The translations under genes were made by a program, and so were the position numbers. A stretch of 61,265 nt of DNA, taken from the NCBI GenBank assembly GCA_050747305.1, contig JBOGNS010000009.1:1-61265 (forward strand), written 5' to 3'. This document shows, piece after piece, positions 18,158 through 29,568 of the stretch. Source of the DNA: Candidatus Acidiferrales bacterium. Lineage in GTDB: Bacteria; Acidobacteriota; Terriglobia; Acidiferrales; UBA7541. The stretch's first letter is position 1; every line of letters begins with the position of its first letter. A model generated the notes under the pieces. It saw only the letters and a program-made list of their open reading frames with translations, did no database searches and was not told the origin of the DNA.

Positions 18158-18279
18158 CTGGCACCGCGCGCAGAATAATTCCTTAACCTTTCGCAGCGCA
18201 GGCAACCCGCCTTCATCGCGCTGCAACCAACGAATCAAATCTCGGTCGGATGCTGTTCATCCGCTTCAGGGGTGGGGCG

Positions 18280-21200
18280 ATGCGACAGAAGTGTACATTT
18301 GCGTCTCTTCTCGTAGTGTTTTTGTTTCAGGCAGGATCTTTCGCCACGGCGCGCCTGCGCGTGGATGAGTCTGCGACCACTATCCGCTTCGGCGCAACCG
18401 GCGCGGAAAATCAACTTCAACTCGTGGTCGAGAATCCCGGCAGCCCGCTGCACGTGCGCCTGCAACTCGAATGGCTCGACACGGACGACCGCGTGCGCGG
18501 TCGTATCGAACGTGACGAGCGCTTGCGCGCGGGGCGCAACCGGCTCGTAGTTCGCTTCCCGTTCGACTTCGCGGCGCTGAGGCAAGACGATCGGCGCGAA
18601 TTTCTCTGGTATCGCGTGCAGTATCGAATCGAGCCGGCCTCAGCGGAGCAAAGCTTCGAGCCTGTAATCGGTGTGCTGACCGTCGGGCAAATCAGCCCGG
18701 CGGCATTTGTCTTGCGGCTCGCGCATCCGGCTGGAGTCGCAGCGGGCACCCCGCTGCGAGTCCGTGTACGGTCACTGCACCCGCTCACCGAGAAAGGGGT
18801 TGCCGGCGTTCAACTCAACGGCATCGCAACGTACGAAAACGAAGACTTCGATGCGGTGAAAGTCAGCGCTGGCTCTCGCACCGACAACGACGGCCATGCC
18901 GTGCTGGAATTTCCCCTCCCTGCAAACTTTCACTCGGAAGTGGATATCGAAATCACCGGCCGCCACGGCGGATTCGAGGATGTGGCGGAGTCCACGGCGT
19001 ATCCGGCGGGCCTGCCGCGAATCCTGCTGACCACGGACAAACCCATCTACCAGCCCGGGCAAACGCTGCGCGTGCGCCTGCTGGCTTTCGACGGCGCAGA
19101 ACGCGCGATGTCCGGCCAAGTCGTCGGCGTGCGCGTCGAGGATCCTGAAGGCACGCTGGTGTACCGCGCCGAGCTCACCACTTCGCGGTTTGGTGTGGCC
19201 AGCAGCGAATGGATGGTTCCCGAGAGCCTGCGGCTGGGCGAATACTCCATCCAAGCCTCGCTCGAGGACAGTCCCTTTGAAGATGAAGTGGGAGCTCGCA
19301 AGCTTGTGCGAATCAGCCGCTACGAGTTGCCCGCTTTTACCGTGACCGTGGAGCCTAACCGGCAATTCTATCTGCGCGGGCAGGATGCCGAGGTCCGCGT
19401 GCGCGCCGACTATCTCTTCGGCAAGCCGGTCACGCAAGGACGCGCGCGCATCGTGCGCGAGGAAGGCCGCCACTGGAACTACCGCAAACAGAAATGGGAA
19501 TTCACGGAATCGGAAAAGTATGAAGGGGAAGCTGCGACTGGCGAGTTTCGCGTGACGATTCCTCTGGCCCAGCATCACGACGACTTGAGCGATCACCAGC
19601 GGTTCGACGACATCGAGTACGCCGCCTATCTCACCGATGCCTCCACCGGCCGCACCGAGCAGCGGCGGTTTGCCCTCCGCGTCACGCGCGATCCGATCCA
19701 CATCTACGTGATTGATTCCAACTATGCGGCCGAAGGCGTCCCGCAACGCTTCTATGTTTCCACGTCTTACGCCGACGGCATGCCGGCCTCGTGCGACGTA
19801 GTGGTGCAGCAGGCGCTGCCGGCACAGACTGCGGCCGGCAAGGAGGATGCGCCGGTGTATCGCGACGTCCGCAAGGTGCGCACGAATCGATACGGGCTGG
19901 TGCGTGTGGATGACTTGCTGCTCGCGTGGGACAAGGAGGGCGGCAACAACCTGCTGCTTCATGCCCGCGATGGAAAAGGCGCAAGCGGCAGTCAATCTCA
20001 TCACATCTGGAAATCACCATTTCCGGTGCTGCGCGTTGAGACCAATAAGGCGCTCTACCGCGCCGGCGAGCCCATCGAGATTCGCCTGAAATCGGATGTA
20101 GCAAATGCCACGGCCTTCGTAGATGTAACCGTCGACAACGCAACCGTTACATCGCGGCGAGTGCGGCTCAAGAACGGCCGCGCGTGGCTGTCGCTGCCCT
20201 GGCGATCCGAGTACTCCGGGGAAGTGACGCTGTTTACTTACTTCCTCGGCCAGAATCGCGGCTACTCCTACGAGCGTTCGGCTGCCGCCAGCCACACCGT
20301 GCTCTTCCCTGCCCCGCGCGCGGTTCGACTCGATGTGCGCTGGAGCCAGCCAGAATACCAGCCGGGCGAAAAAGCGCGCGCCGATTTCCGTGTGCGTTTG
20401 CCGGGCGGGCGCATGGCCCCGGCGGCACTCGGGCTTGTGGTCTTCGATAAGGCGGTCGAGGAGCGCGTACGCACCGATACCGATTTTGGCGGGCGCGCGC
20501 CACGCTTCGGGTTCTGCGCGGATTATGAGTCGTGGATCAATGAGCAGGCGGTGGCGGGCATGCGCCGCGCCGATCTCGACGCCCTGGATATGACGCAACC
20601 CTTGCCCGACGGCCTGGATCTGGTGGCGGAGGTTCTGCTTCGCGATGCGCCGGGCTGGCTACGGTTTGACGAAGGCCGCACTTCGACAGACGCAAGCGAG
20701 GCCTACGGCGATTTGGCGCGCCGCCGCGTGCACCACATTCGCGAGGCGCTTGCCGACCATTACAAAGCCATGACCGATTTTCCCGAGGATGCAACTGCAC
20801 TCCGGCGAATCTTGAACGAAGAACATGTGGATTTCGACGCCGCACTCGATCCATGGGGCATGGCCTTCGAGCCGCAGTTCCGTTTCCAACGGGAAAAGAC
20901 GGTGCTCGATTTGCAGAGCCGCGGCCCGGATAAGCAACTCGGCACCGACGATGATTTCAGCGCGCTCTCCACCGGATGGCCATACTTCTTGCCGATCGGC
21001 ACGCGGATTACGGAAGCAGTCGGCGACCATGTGCGGAAGTCAGGCCGGTTTGTGCGCGACTTCAAGACACTGGCATGGCTGATGGGCGCTCGCGGCGTGG
21101 ATCTCACCACTCTCCGCGACCCGTGGGGCTCGCCCTACCGCTTCGAGTTTGATGTGCAGCGCGAGCGCTACACCATCACCGTGGTCAGTGCAGGGCCGGA

Positions 21201-24200
21201 TCGCAAATTTGCAAACCGCGAGCGGACCTGGGGCGACGACTTCGCGCTGTGGACCGTGGCCACCGATTACTTCGCGTCCCTGCGCGAACCCGTGGAGGCA
21301 GCGCTCGCAACTTTTGTGGCGCGCCGCGGACGCTTTTTCGAGAGTGAGCAGGAGGCCGCGCAGGCGCTGGCGACTGCACAGTTTGGCCCCGAGAAGCTGC
21401 TCGATCCGTGGGGCCGCCCCTACTATTTCGAGCTCACCCGGATGGCGCGCTACAGCGACACAGCGTCTGTGCGCTCTTACGCCGACGTGAGCGGGCGCCC
21501 AACTGTACGGCGCACCATCGTTCCCGTTACACAGGTGATGAATTGGATTAACCTGCGCAGCATGGGCCCCGATGGCACGCGCGGCGGCGACGATTTCGAT
21601 GTAGCCAGCTTTCGCCGCCTCGCGCTGGAAAGCGGCGGTACGTTTGAAATGCGCAAGCTTGCCACAAGCCCGCTGCTGCCGGGAAGCACCGGCGCAATCG
21701 TCGGCATCATCACGGATGTCAGTGGCGCAGTCGTCCCGGAAACACAGGTGACAGCGATGACTAACTCCAGGGAAAATACGTTGGAGACTGCAACCAACGA
21801 GGCGGGCGAGTATTTACTGAGCAATCTTCCGCCGGGCTTCTATCGCGTTGAGTTTAAGGCGGCTGGATTCAGGCTCTCGGTTGTCGCGGATGTTCCCGTC
21901 GGCTCGTCGAGTATCACGCGGCTCAACGCAACGTTGGACATCGGTGATGTAACCGCGACCGTCGAGGTGCAGGCCGCAGTGCTCCCACTTCAAACTACTA
22001 ACGCAACCATCGCGGATTACAAGGCGCCGATGAGCACCCGCCCGCGGCCCCCGGGTCCAATCGCCACGCCGCGGTTGCGCGAATACTTTCCCGAAACGCT
22101 CTACTGGCAGCCCGAAATCATCACCGATGCGCAAGGCCGCGCGCGCATCGAGTTCCCACTGGCCGACAACATCACCACATGGCGCATCTCCGCGCTGGCG
22201 TCCACCGAAGACGGCAAGCTCGGGTCGTTTGAAGGCGAGATACGCGCCTTCCAGCCCTTCTTCGTCGAGCACGACCCGCCGCGCGCACTCACCGCAGGCG
22301 ACCAAATCGCCCTACCCGTGGTGCTGCGCAACTATCATGACAAAGCGCAAGCCGTGGACCTCGAGATGCACTCTGCGCCGTGGTTTTCGTTGTTGGGCGA
22401 GGCGCGCAAGCACGTCGACGTGCCCGCCGGCGATTCAGCGCGCGAAATTTTCTCCTTCCGCGCGGATTCTCCGGTGAAGCAAGGCCAGCAGCGCATCACC
22501 GCAGCCGGCCGCAGCGCCGGCGACGCGGTGGAAAAGGCGGTACTGGTACGCCCGGACGGCAACGAAATCGTTATCACAGCCGGCCAGGTGTTCGGCGCCA
22601 CCGCGCAATTTACACTGGAGATTCCACGCCACGCGATTGACGGCTCGACGGAAGCGCAACTCAAGCTCTATCCGAACCTGATGGCTCACGTTGCGGAAAG
22701 CGTGGAGGGAATTCTGCAGCGGCCCTACGGCTGCGCGGAGCAAACCATCTCGTCCACCTATCCCAGCTTGTTGGTTGTGCGTTACGCCAAAGAAGGCGCG
22801 GAGGCGCCGCTGGTGAATCGCGCGCGGCGCTACCTGCGCCTCGGCTATGAACGGCTGCTTGGCTACCGCGCGGAAGGCGGCGGCTTCAGCTATTGGGGCA
22901 AGGGCGAAGCCGACGCGGCGCTCACCGCCTATGCGCTGCGCTTCCTGCGCGATGCCTCCATCGTGATCAGCGTGGATGAGGAGCTCATCCGCTCCACCGG
23001 TGCATGGCTCGCGCAGCAGTTGCAAGCCGACGGGAGTTGGCGCTGGCACAATTGGCATGGCGAAGAGCATCCGCGGCGTTCGCTGATGCAAACGGCATAC
23101 ATCGCGCGTGTGCTCGCAGGGGTCGCCACGACCGCTAACGCGAAGTCCGCAGCGCGCTCGCCCGAGATGCAAGCGCTCGATCGCGCACTCGACTACCTGG
23201 CCGTCCGCGTAGCAGAAATGGACGAGCCGTACGCGCTCGCGTCGTTCGCCCTCGCCGCGGCCGATGCTGGCCGCGAACATCACGCCGCGCAAGCCGTAGC
23301 GCGGCTGCGCACCATGGCGCGTGATGAGGGCGACGGGTCGTATTGGGTGCTGGAAACCAACTCGCCGTTCTATGGCTGGGGGCTTGCCGGGCGCGTGGAA
23401 ACCACGGCGCTGGTGATGCAGGCGCTGCTGCGGGCAGGAACCGTGCTCGACGACGCGCTGGTGAACCGCGGCACGCTTTTCCTGCTGCGCGCGAAAGACC
23501 GTTACGGCGTGTGGCACTCGACGCAGGCCACCGTGCAAGTGCTCGATACGTTGCGGGCCATCATTTCGCACTCGCAGCCGGCCGCAGGCGGTGAGCAGCG
23601 CGCCGAAGTGCTGGTAGATGGCACCGTCGCCGCCACGCTGGCGCTTCCCTCTCCCACGCAGCTCACTGGCCCTGTGGCGATTCATCTCGGCTCGCAACTC
23701 GGCGCAGGCGCGCATCGCATTGAGATTCGGCGGCCGGCCGGCTCGACTGCCGCCAGTGCACAACTTGTGGCCAGTTATTACGTGCCGTGGCGCGAAGTCG
23801 AAAATCGGTCCGGCGCGTTACGTCTCGATGTGCGCTTCGATAAAACCGACGCGCGCGAAGGCGAAGAAGTCCGCTGCAAAGTCGTTGCCGAGCGCATCGG
23901 GCATCGCGGCTACGGCATGATGATCGCGGAGATAGGCCTGCCGCCGGGCGCGGATGTGGATCGCGCTTCGCTGGAACGCGCCAAGGAAAATTCCCGCTGG
24001 TCCCTGAATCACTACGACGTGCTGCCGGATCGCGTGGTGGTTTACCTGTGGCCGCGCGCGGGCGGCATGGAGTTCGAGTTCGTGTTCAAGCCGCGCTTCG
24101 GCATGACGGCCAAAACCGCGCCATCCCAACTCTACGATTACTACAACCCGGAAGCGCGCGTCGTGCTGGCGCCGGCGCTCTTCCGCGTGGCCAGCGGCAC

Positions 24201-24225
24201 ACCGCAGCTTCGCGCCGCCCAGTAG
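18280..24225 (+). CDS. alpha-2-macroglobulin/thioester-containing protein family, very large secreted protein
   Basis: ATG at 18280 preceded by GGGGTGGGG; signal-like MRQKCTFASLLVVFLFQAGSFATA. MG-domain hallmarks (RYELPAFTVTVEP, YFPETLYWQPEI...NITTWR). Thioester motif PYGCAEQT (Cys at 22732-34, Gln at 22741-43). Also has a CarboxypepD_reg-like insert and three GspG-like modules. Confidence 0.85.
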   Translation: MRQKCTFASLLVVFLFQAGSFATARLRVDESATTIRFGATGAENQLQLVVENPGSPLHVRLQLEWLDTDDRVRGRIERDERLRAGRNRLVVRFPFDFAALRQDDRREFLWYRVQYRIEPASAEQSFEPVIGVLTVGQISPAAFVLRLAHPAGVAAGTPLRVRVRSLHPLTEKGVAGVQLNGIATYENEDFDAVKVSAGSRTDNDGHAVLEFPLPANFHSEVDIEITGRHGGFEDVAESTAYPAGLPRILLTTDKPIYQPGQTLRVRLLAFDGAERAMSGQVVGVRVEDPEGTLVYRAELTTSRFGVASSEWMVPESLRLGEYSIQASLEDSPFEDEVGARKLVRISRYELPAFTVTVEPNRQFYLRGQDAEVRVRADYLFGKPVTQGRARIVREEGRHWNYRKQKWEFTESEKYEGEAATGEFRVTIPLAQHHDDLSDHQRFDDIEYAAYLTDASTGRTEQRRFALRVTRDPIHIYVIDSNYAAEGVPQRFYVSTSYADGMPASCDVVVQQALPAQTAAGKEDAPVYRDVRKVRTNRYGLVRVDDLLLAWDKEGGNNLLLHARDGKGASGSQSHHIWKSPFPVLRVETNKALYRAGEPIEIRLKSDVANATAFVDVTVDNATVTSRRVRLKNGRAWLSLPWRSEYSGEVTLFTYFLGQNRGYSYERSAAASHTVLFPAPRAVRLDVRWSQPEYQPGEKARADFRVRLPGGRMAPAALGLVVFDKAVEERVRTDTDFGGRAPRFGFCADYESWINEQAVAGMRRADLDALDMTQPLPDGLDLVAEVLLRDAPGWLRFDEGRTSTDASEAYGDLARRRVHHIREALADHYKAMTDFPEDATALRRILNEEHVDFDAALDPWGMAFEPQFRFQREKTVLDLQSRGPDKQLGTDDDFSALSTGWPYFLPIGTRITEAVGDHVRKSGRFVRDFKTLAWLMGARGVDLTTLRDPWGSPYRFEFDVQRERYTITVVSAGPDRKFANRERTWGDDFALWTVATDYFASLREPVEAALATFVARRGRFFESEQEAAQALATAQFGPEKLLDPWGRPYYFELTRMARYSDTASVRSYADVSGRPTVRRTIVPVTQVMNWINLRSMGPDGTRGGDDFDVASFRRLALESGGTFEMRKLATSPLLPGSTGAIVGIITDVSGAVVPETQVTAMTNSRENTLETATNEAGEYLLSNLPPGFYRVEFKAAGFRLSVVADVPVGSSSITRLNATLDIGDVTATVEVQAAVLPLQTTNATIADYKAPMSTRPRPPGPIATPRLREYFPETLYWQPEIITDAQGRARIEFPLADNITTWRISALASTEDGKLGSFEGEIRAFQPFFVEHDPPRALTAGDQIALPVVLRNYHDKAQAVDLEMHSAPWFSLLGEARKHVDVPAGDSAREIFSFRADSPVKQGQQRITAAGRSAGDAVEKAVLVRPDGNEIVITAGQVFGATAQFTLEIPRHAIDGSTEAQLKLYPNLMAHVAESVEGILQRPYGCAEQTISSTYPSLLVVRYAKEGAEAPLVNRARRYLRLGYERLLGYRAEGGGFSYWGKGEADAALTAYALRFLRDASIVISVDEELIRSTGAWLAQQLQADGSWRWHNWHGEEHPRRSLMQTAYIARVLAGVATTANAKSAARSPEMQALDRALDYLAVRVAEMDEPYALASFALAAADAGREHHAAQAVARLRTMARDEGDGSYWVLETNSPFYGWGLAGRVETTALVMQALLRAGTVLDDALVNRGTLFLLRAKDRYGVWHSTQATVQVLDTLRAIISHSQPAAGGEQRAEVLVDGTVAATLALPSPTQLTGPVAIHLGSQLGAGAHRIEIRRPAGSTAASAQLVASYYVPWREVENRSGALRLDVRFDKTDAREGEEVRCKVVAERIGHRGYGMMIAEIGLPPGADVDRASLERAKENSRWSLNHYDVLPDRVVVYLWPRAGGMEFEFVFKPRFGMTAKTAPSQLYDYYNPEARVVLAPALFRVASGTPQLRAAQ

Positions 24226-24258
24226 GACAGGCACTCCTGCCTGTCCGCCTTTTCTTTT
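24222..24258 (+). terminator. REP hairpin GTAGGACAGGCACTCCTGCCTGTCC followed by a T-rich run; likely terminator of the A2M-like gene
   Basis: 9-bp stem with a 4-nt loop, then GCCTTTTCTTTT. The TAG at 24223-25 is the gene's stop codon. Confidence 0.6.
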
Positions 24259-24308
24259 GAGCACACGGAAACAGAAAGTCACGCTTCTTTTTTTTTCAAT
24301 CAGCTGCT

Positions 24309-24337
24309 TTGACAAAACCGGACCAATTGGCGAGAAT
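24309..24337 (+). promoter_or_regulatory. sigma70-like promoter candidate upstream of tRNA-Glu
   Basis: TTGACA (24309-14), a 17-nt spacer, then GAGAAT (24332-37). Lies about 100 nt upstream of the tRNA. Confidence 0.4.
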
Positions 24338-24408
24338 TTGTGCATCGTCGCGATTGCATGCGCGTAACGCGAAGGCAAAAGGGCGGCAACGCTGCGATCA
24401 CTTGCAAC

Positions 24409-24434
24409 CGGACAGGCAAGAATGCCTGTCCTAC
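24409..24434. repeat. REP hairpin GGACAGGCAAGAATGCCTGTCCTAC, in inverted orientation relative to 24222
   Basis: Same stem as the 24222 copy with a different loop. Ends 5 nt before the tRNA. Confidence 0.8.
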
Positions 24435-24439
24435 TGTGT

Positions 24440-24514
24440 GGCCCTATCGTCTAATGGTTAGGACGTTGCCCTCTCAAGGCAAAAATACGGGTTCGACTCC
24501 CGTTAGGGCTACCA
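24440..24514 (+). tRNA. tRNA-Glu (anticodon CUC)
   Basis: Cloverleaf folded by hand: acceptor GGCCCTA/TAGGGCT (G1:U72); D arm GTCT/GGAC; anticodon arm TTGCC-CTCTCAA-GGCAA; T arm ACGGG-TTCGACT-CCCGT. Discriminator A plus an encoded CCA. Confidence 0.9.
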
Positions 24515-24593
24515 ACTGGAACTTTCTGCGTTCCCCCCCATCTTGCCGTAGAATCCGCCATGTTCGCTCCTGGGATTGCGATTGGAGGCTGCT

Positions 24594-25721
24594 ATGTCCG
24601 CTGTGACGCGTTCCGCTTTAGCGATCCCCTTGGCGATCTGTGCCGGATTAGCGCTCTCGGGCACCGCGCCTGCGCAGCGGCAGCAGCAAAGGGCCGCGCA
24701 CCCCGCGCAGCAAACTTGGCCGGAGCAGAAGGAAGGCGATTACACCGCGCAGAATTTTCGCTTCGGCAGCGGCGAGGTGCTGCCGGAGCTGCGGCTGCAT
24801 TACATCACGATGGGCACGCCGCAGCGCGATGCGAACGGGCGGGTGACCAATGCCGTGCTGATCATGCACGGCACGGGCGGCAGCGGCCGGCAATTTCTAT
24901 CGCGGCAATTTGCGGGTGAACTTTACGGCCCCGGCCAGCCGCTCGATGCGTCGCGCTACTTCATCATTCTGCCGGATGCCATCGGCCACGGCGGCTCGTC
25001 GAAGCCCAGCGACGGCCTGCGCATGAAATTTCCGCAGTTCGACTACGACGACATGGTGCGCGCGCAGCACTTGCTGGTCACCGAAGGTTTGGGCCTAAAC
25101 CACCTGCGGCTGGTGATGGGCACGTCGATGGGCTGCATGCACTCGTTTGTGTGGGCCGAGACGTACCCGGACATGATGGACGCGCTGCTGCCGCTGGCGT
25201 GCCTGCCGGTGGAGATCGCGGGCCGCAACCGGCAATGGCGCAAGCTGGCGATGGACGCGATCCGCAACGACCCATCGTGGCAGGACGGCAATTACACCGA
25301 GCAGCCCGTCGGCCTGCGCTCGTCGATCGCCCTACTGCAAATCGTCGGGCTGGCGCCGCATCAGCAGCAGAAGAGCCTGTCCACGCGCGAGCAGGCCGAT
25401 AAGGCGCTGGAGGATTACGTCGCCACGCGCATGCGCACCACCGACGCCAACGACTTCCTCTATCAGTTCAATTCGTCGCGCAACTACCATCCCGCGCCGC
25501 ACCTCGGGAAAATCACTGCCCCGGTCGTGCACATTAACTTCGCCGACGACTTCATCAATCCGCCCGAGCTGGGCATCGCCGAGCGCGAAATCAAGAAAGT
25601 GAAACGCGGCCGCTACATCCTCGTGCCCATCGGCGACGACACTGTCGGCCACGGCACGCACACCCGCGCCCGCGTGTGGAAGCACCACCTCGTCGAACTC
25701 CTGCACGATACCGAGCCCTGA
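24594..25721 (+). CDS. secreted alpha/beta hydrolase (MetX/homoserine O-acetyltransferase-like fold)
   Basis: GGAGG, then 5 nt, then the ATG at 24594. Signal peptide MSAVTRSALAIPLAICAGLALSGTAPAQ. Nucleophile elbow GTSMGCM. Confidence 0.7.
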   Translation: MSAVTRSALAIPLAICAGLALSGTAPAQRQQQRAAHPAQQTWPEQKEGDYTAQNFRFGSGEVLPELRLHYITMGTPQRDANGRVTNAVLIMHGTGGSGRQFLSRQFAGELYGPGQPLDASRYFIILPDAIGHGGSSKPSDGLRMKFPQFDYDDMVRAQHLLVTEGLGLNHLRLVMGTSMGCMHSFVWAETYPDMMDALLPLACLPVEIAGRNRQWRKLAMDAIRNDPSWQDGNYTEQPVGLRSSIALLQIVGLAPHQQQKSLSTREQADKALEDYVATRMRTTDANDFLYQFNSSRNYHPAPHLGKITAPVVHINFADDFINPPELGIAEREIKKVKRGRYILVPIGDDTVGHGTHTRARVWKHHLVELLHDTEP

Positions 25722-25771
25722 AAGCGCCGCACCCGGCTAACCCGCTGGTCAGCTTGCCGTCGAACGATCTG

Positions 25772-26698
25772 ATGAAACTCAACGTTCTGCTACGTAGCAC
25801 TGCTTTGCTTTTTGCGGTTTCACCGGTGGCGAGGGCTCAAGGGCAGCCGGGATCCACCTTGCGCGGAGAACTCAGGACTCACGTGATTGAAAGCCGCGTG
25901 CTCGACAAGTCGCGTACCATCCGCGTGCTGCTGCCCGCGGACTACGACGACCCCGCCAATGCGGAGCGGCGCTATCCCGTGCTGTATATGAACGACGGGC
26001 AAAACCTTTTTGATGTGGCGACTTCCGTCTTCAACCGCATGGAGTGGCGCGCGGATGAGACGCTTCGTGAATTAGCCGGCCGCGATGAAATCCAGCCTAT
26101 GATTATCGTCGGCGTGGATAGCGCGGGGCGGCGCGGTCGCGGCACAGAATATCTGCCGTATGAAGATGAATATCTCCGGCCTGCGGAGCCAAATCCGCGC
26201 GGGAAGCATTACCCGCGCTTCCTGACGGAGGAAGTGCTTCCGCTGGTGAACCGCACGTATCGCACAAAGACCGGTCCGGCTAGCACCGGTATCGGCGGCG
26301 CCTCGTATGGCGCTCTCGCCGCGCTTTATGCGGGTATGACGCGGCCTGACGTCTTTGGCCTCATGCTGCTGGAGAGCCCTTCACTCTACGTCGGCGGCGG
26401 AAAAATTCTCAACGACGCGAAGAACGCAAGAGCGTGGCCGAAAAAAATCTACCTTGGAGTTGGCACCAACGAAGGGGGCCGCGCGAATTGTTCTGAAAGC
26501 GATCCCACTCCGGAAGCCGTCGCGGACGTGAAAAAGCTGGAGACAATCCTGAACGCGGCGCCGAACAGCCCACAGCTACTCACCGTCGTGGAAACGTGCG
26601 CGCTGCACAACGAAAATGCATGGGCCAAACGCCTGCCGGATGCATTGCGATTCTTGTTTGCGTCGCAGGCCTCGGCCAGAACCGTCCGCGATGGCTGA
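25772..26698 (+). CDS. putative esterase family protein (esterase D / enterochelin esterase-like)
   Basis: ATG at 25772 gives signal MKLNVLLRSTALLFAVSPVARAQ. Contains YPVLYMNDGQNLF and GGASYGALAA (a GxSxG-type elbow). Confidence 0.65.
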   Translation: MKLNVLLRSTALLFAVSPVARAQGQPGSTLRGELRTHVIESRVLDKSRTIRVLLPADYDDPANAERRYPVLYMNDGQNLFDVATSVFNRMEWRADETLRELAGRDEIQPMIIVGVDSAGRRGRGTEYLPYEDEYLRPAEPNPRGKHYPRFLTEEVLPLVNRTYRTKTGPASTGIGGASYGALAALYAGMTRPDVFGLMLLESPSLYVGGGKILNDAKNARAWPKKIYLGVGTNEGGRANCSESDPTPEAVADVKKLETILNAAPNSPQLLTVVETCALHNENAWAKRLPDALRFLFASQASARTVRDG

Positions 26699-26717
26699 TT
26701 TACGCATAGAGAGCGCG

Positions 26718-27398
26718 CTAGGCCGGTGCGGCGAACTTGATAAAGGGCGTGTCGGCGCCCATGACCAGAGGCGGCTCGGTGAGCTGTTGCACTTCGGCGG
26801 GCGTCCAGCCCGGAGCGACTTCGCGCAGCATGAGCCCTTCGCGCGTTACGTCGATCACCGCCAGATCGGTGACGATAGTCTTCACGCACTCGATGGCGGT
26901 GACAGGATAAGTGCAGCGGCGCACGATTTTTGGCGCTCCGTCCTTCGCGGTGTGCTCCATCGTCACAATCAGCCGCCGCGCGCCCACCGCGATATCCATC
27001 GCGCCGCCGATCCCGCCGGAGCCTCTTGCGCCGGGCACTTTCCAGTTCGCGAGGTCGCCGTTCTCGCCTACTTGCAACCCGCCGAGTACAGCGACGTCGA
27101 GATGGCCGCCGCGCGTCATCATATGCGAGTCAAGCTGGCTGAAGAAGGCCGCGCCGGGAATCAACGTGACCGGCACCTTCATCGCATCCACCAGATCGGG
27201 GTCTTCTTCGCCGGGTTTCGCGCGCGGCCCCATGCCGAGGATCCCATTCTCGCTGTGAAAATAGATCGTGCGACCGGCGGGCACACAATCGGCGATCAAG
27301 CTGGGAATGCCCCAGCCGAGATTGACGCACGCGCCGTCGGGCAATTCCAGCGCAGCGCGCTGCGCGATCTGCTCGCGAGTGAGGCGCGGCTTACGCAT
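26718..27398 (-). CDS. scoB: 3-oxoacid CoA-transferase subunit B
   Basis: 226 aa. Catalytic-Glu motif [11 protein letters not shown]. Overlaps scoA by 8 nt. Confidence 0.9.
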   Translation of the reverse strand: MRKPRLTREQIAQRAALELPDGACVNLGWGIPSLIADCVPAGRTIYFHSENGILGMGPRAKPGEEDPDLVDAMKVPVTLIPGAAFFSQLDSHMMTRGGHLDVAVLGGLQVGENGDLANWKVPGARGSGGIGGAMDIAVGARRLIVTMEHTAKDGAPKIVRRCTYPVTAIECVKTIVTDLAVIDVTREGLMLREVAPGWTPAEVQQLTEPPLVMGADTPFIKFAAPA

Positions 27399-28065
27399 TG
27401 TCTCTACCCGCTACTGGCACGATGCGGTCCACGAAGATCGAAGGCGTCATGATGGCTTCCGGGTCCAGCGCGCCGACTTCGACGACTTGCTTAGCCTCCA
27501 CAATCGTAATGCGCGCCGCGGAGGCCATAATCGGATTGAAGTTGCGCGCGGCCTTGCGATAAATCAGGTTCCCGATGCGGTCCGCCTTATGCGCGCGGAT
27601 CAGCGCGTAGTCGGCCGAGAGCGCCGTCTCCAGAATCGCGCGCTTGCCGTTGAACGTGCGCTCCTCTTTGCCGGCGCCCACTTCGGTGCCCACGCCGACC
27701 GGGGTGTAAAAGGCGGGCAGGCCCGCCGCGGCAGCACGCATGCGTTCGCAGAGCGTGCCCTGCGGCACCAACTCCAGCTCGATGGCGCCGACGGCAAACT
27801 GCTCCTGAAAGTATTTCGAGTCCGGGCCGGGAAACGACGCGATCACGCGACGGATTTGCCGCGCGCGAAACAGCACGCTCAACTCGCCCTCGCCGCGCCC
27901 GCAATTGTTGCTGATCACGGTGAGCTCGCGCACGCCCTTGCGCTCCAGCCCGCGCACCAGATGGTAGGGGAAGCCCGCGCCGCCGAAGCCGCCGAACATG
28001 ATGCTCGCGCCGTCCGAAATATCCGCGAGCGCCTCCTCCACCGTGCTGTGGACCTTATTCTTCAC
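27391..28065 (-). CDS. scoA: 3-oxoacid CoA-transferase subunit A
   Basis: 224 aa. Typical N-terminus ...ALADISDGASIMFGGFGGAGFP and the conserved layout upstream of subunit B. Confidence 0.9.
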   Translation of the reverse strand: MKNKVHSTVEEALADISDGASIMFGGFGGAGFPYHLVRGLERKGVRELTVISNNCGRGEGELSVLFRARQIRRVIASFPGPDSKYFQEQFAVGAIELELVPQGTLCERMRAAAAGLPAFYTPVGVGTEVGAGKEERTFNGKRAILETALSADYALIRAHKADRIGNLIYRKAARNFNPIMASAARITIVEAKQVVEVGALDPEAIMTPSIFVDRIVPVAGRDNA

Positions 28066-28121
28066 AGCCGCACGCGCTGCTCCTCACGCGGCAAACATTC
28101 TAGCGCGCCGCGCGGGATTTG

Positions 28122-29516
<1,395 letters not shown>

Positions 29517-29568
29517 TACATCTCTCCTCTGGTGCGATCACTTGCCGCTGGGCTTTAGCGCGCAGCAT

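Noticed and set aside
18772-23763. 410-aa (18772-20004) and 442-aa (22435-23763) minus-strand ORFs
   Set aside because: They are shadow ORFs antisense to the A2M-like gene.
24226-26700. Genomic island or integrated element at tRNA-Glu
   Set aside because: No integrase, excisionase or direct repeat of the tRNA 3' end was seen downstream. The flanking genes are ordinary secreted hydrolases with host-like composition.
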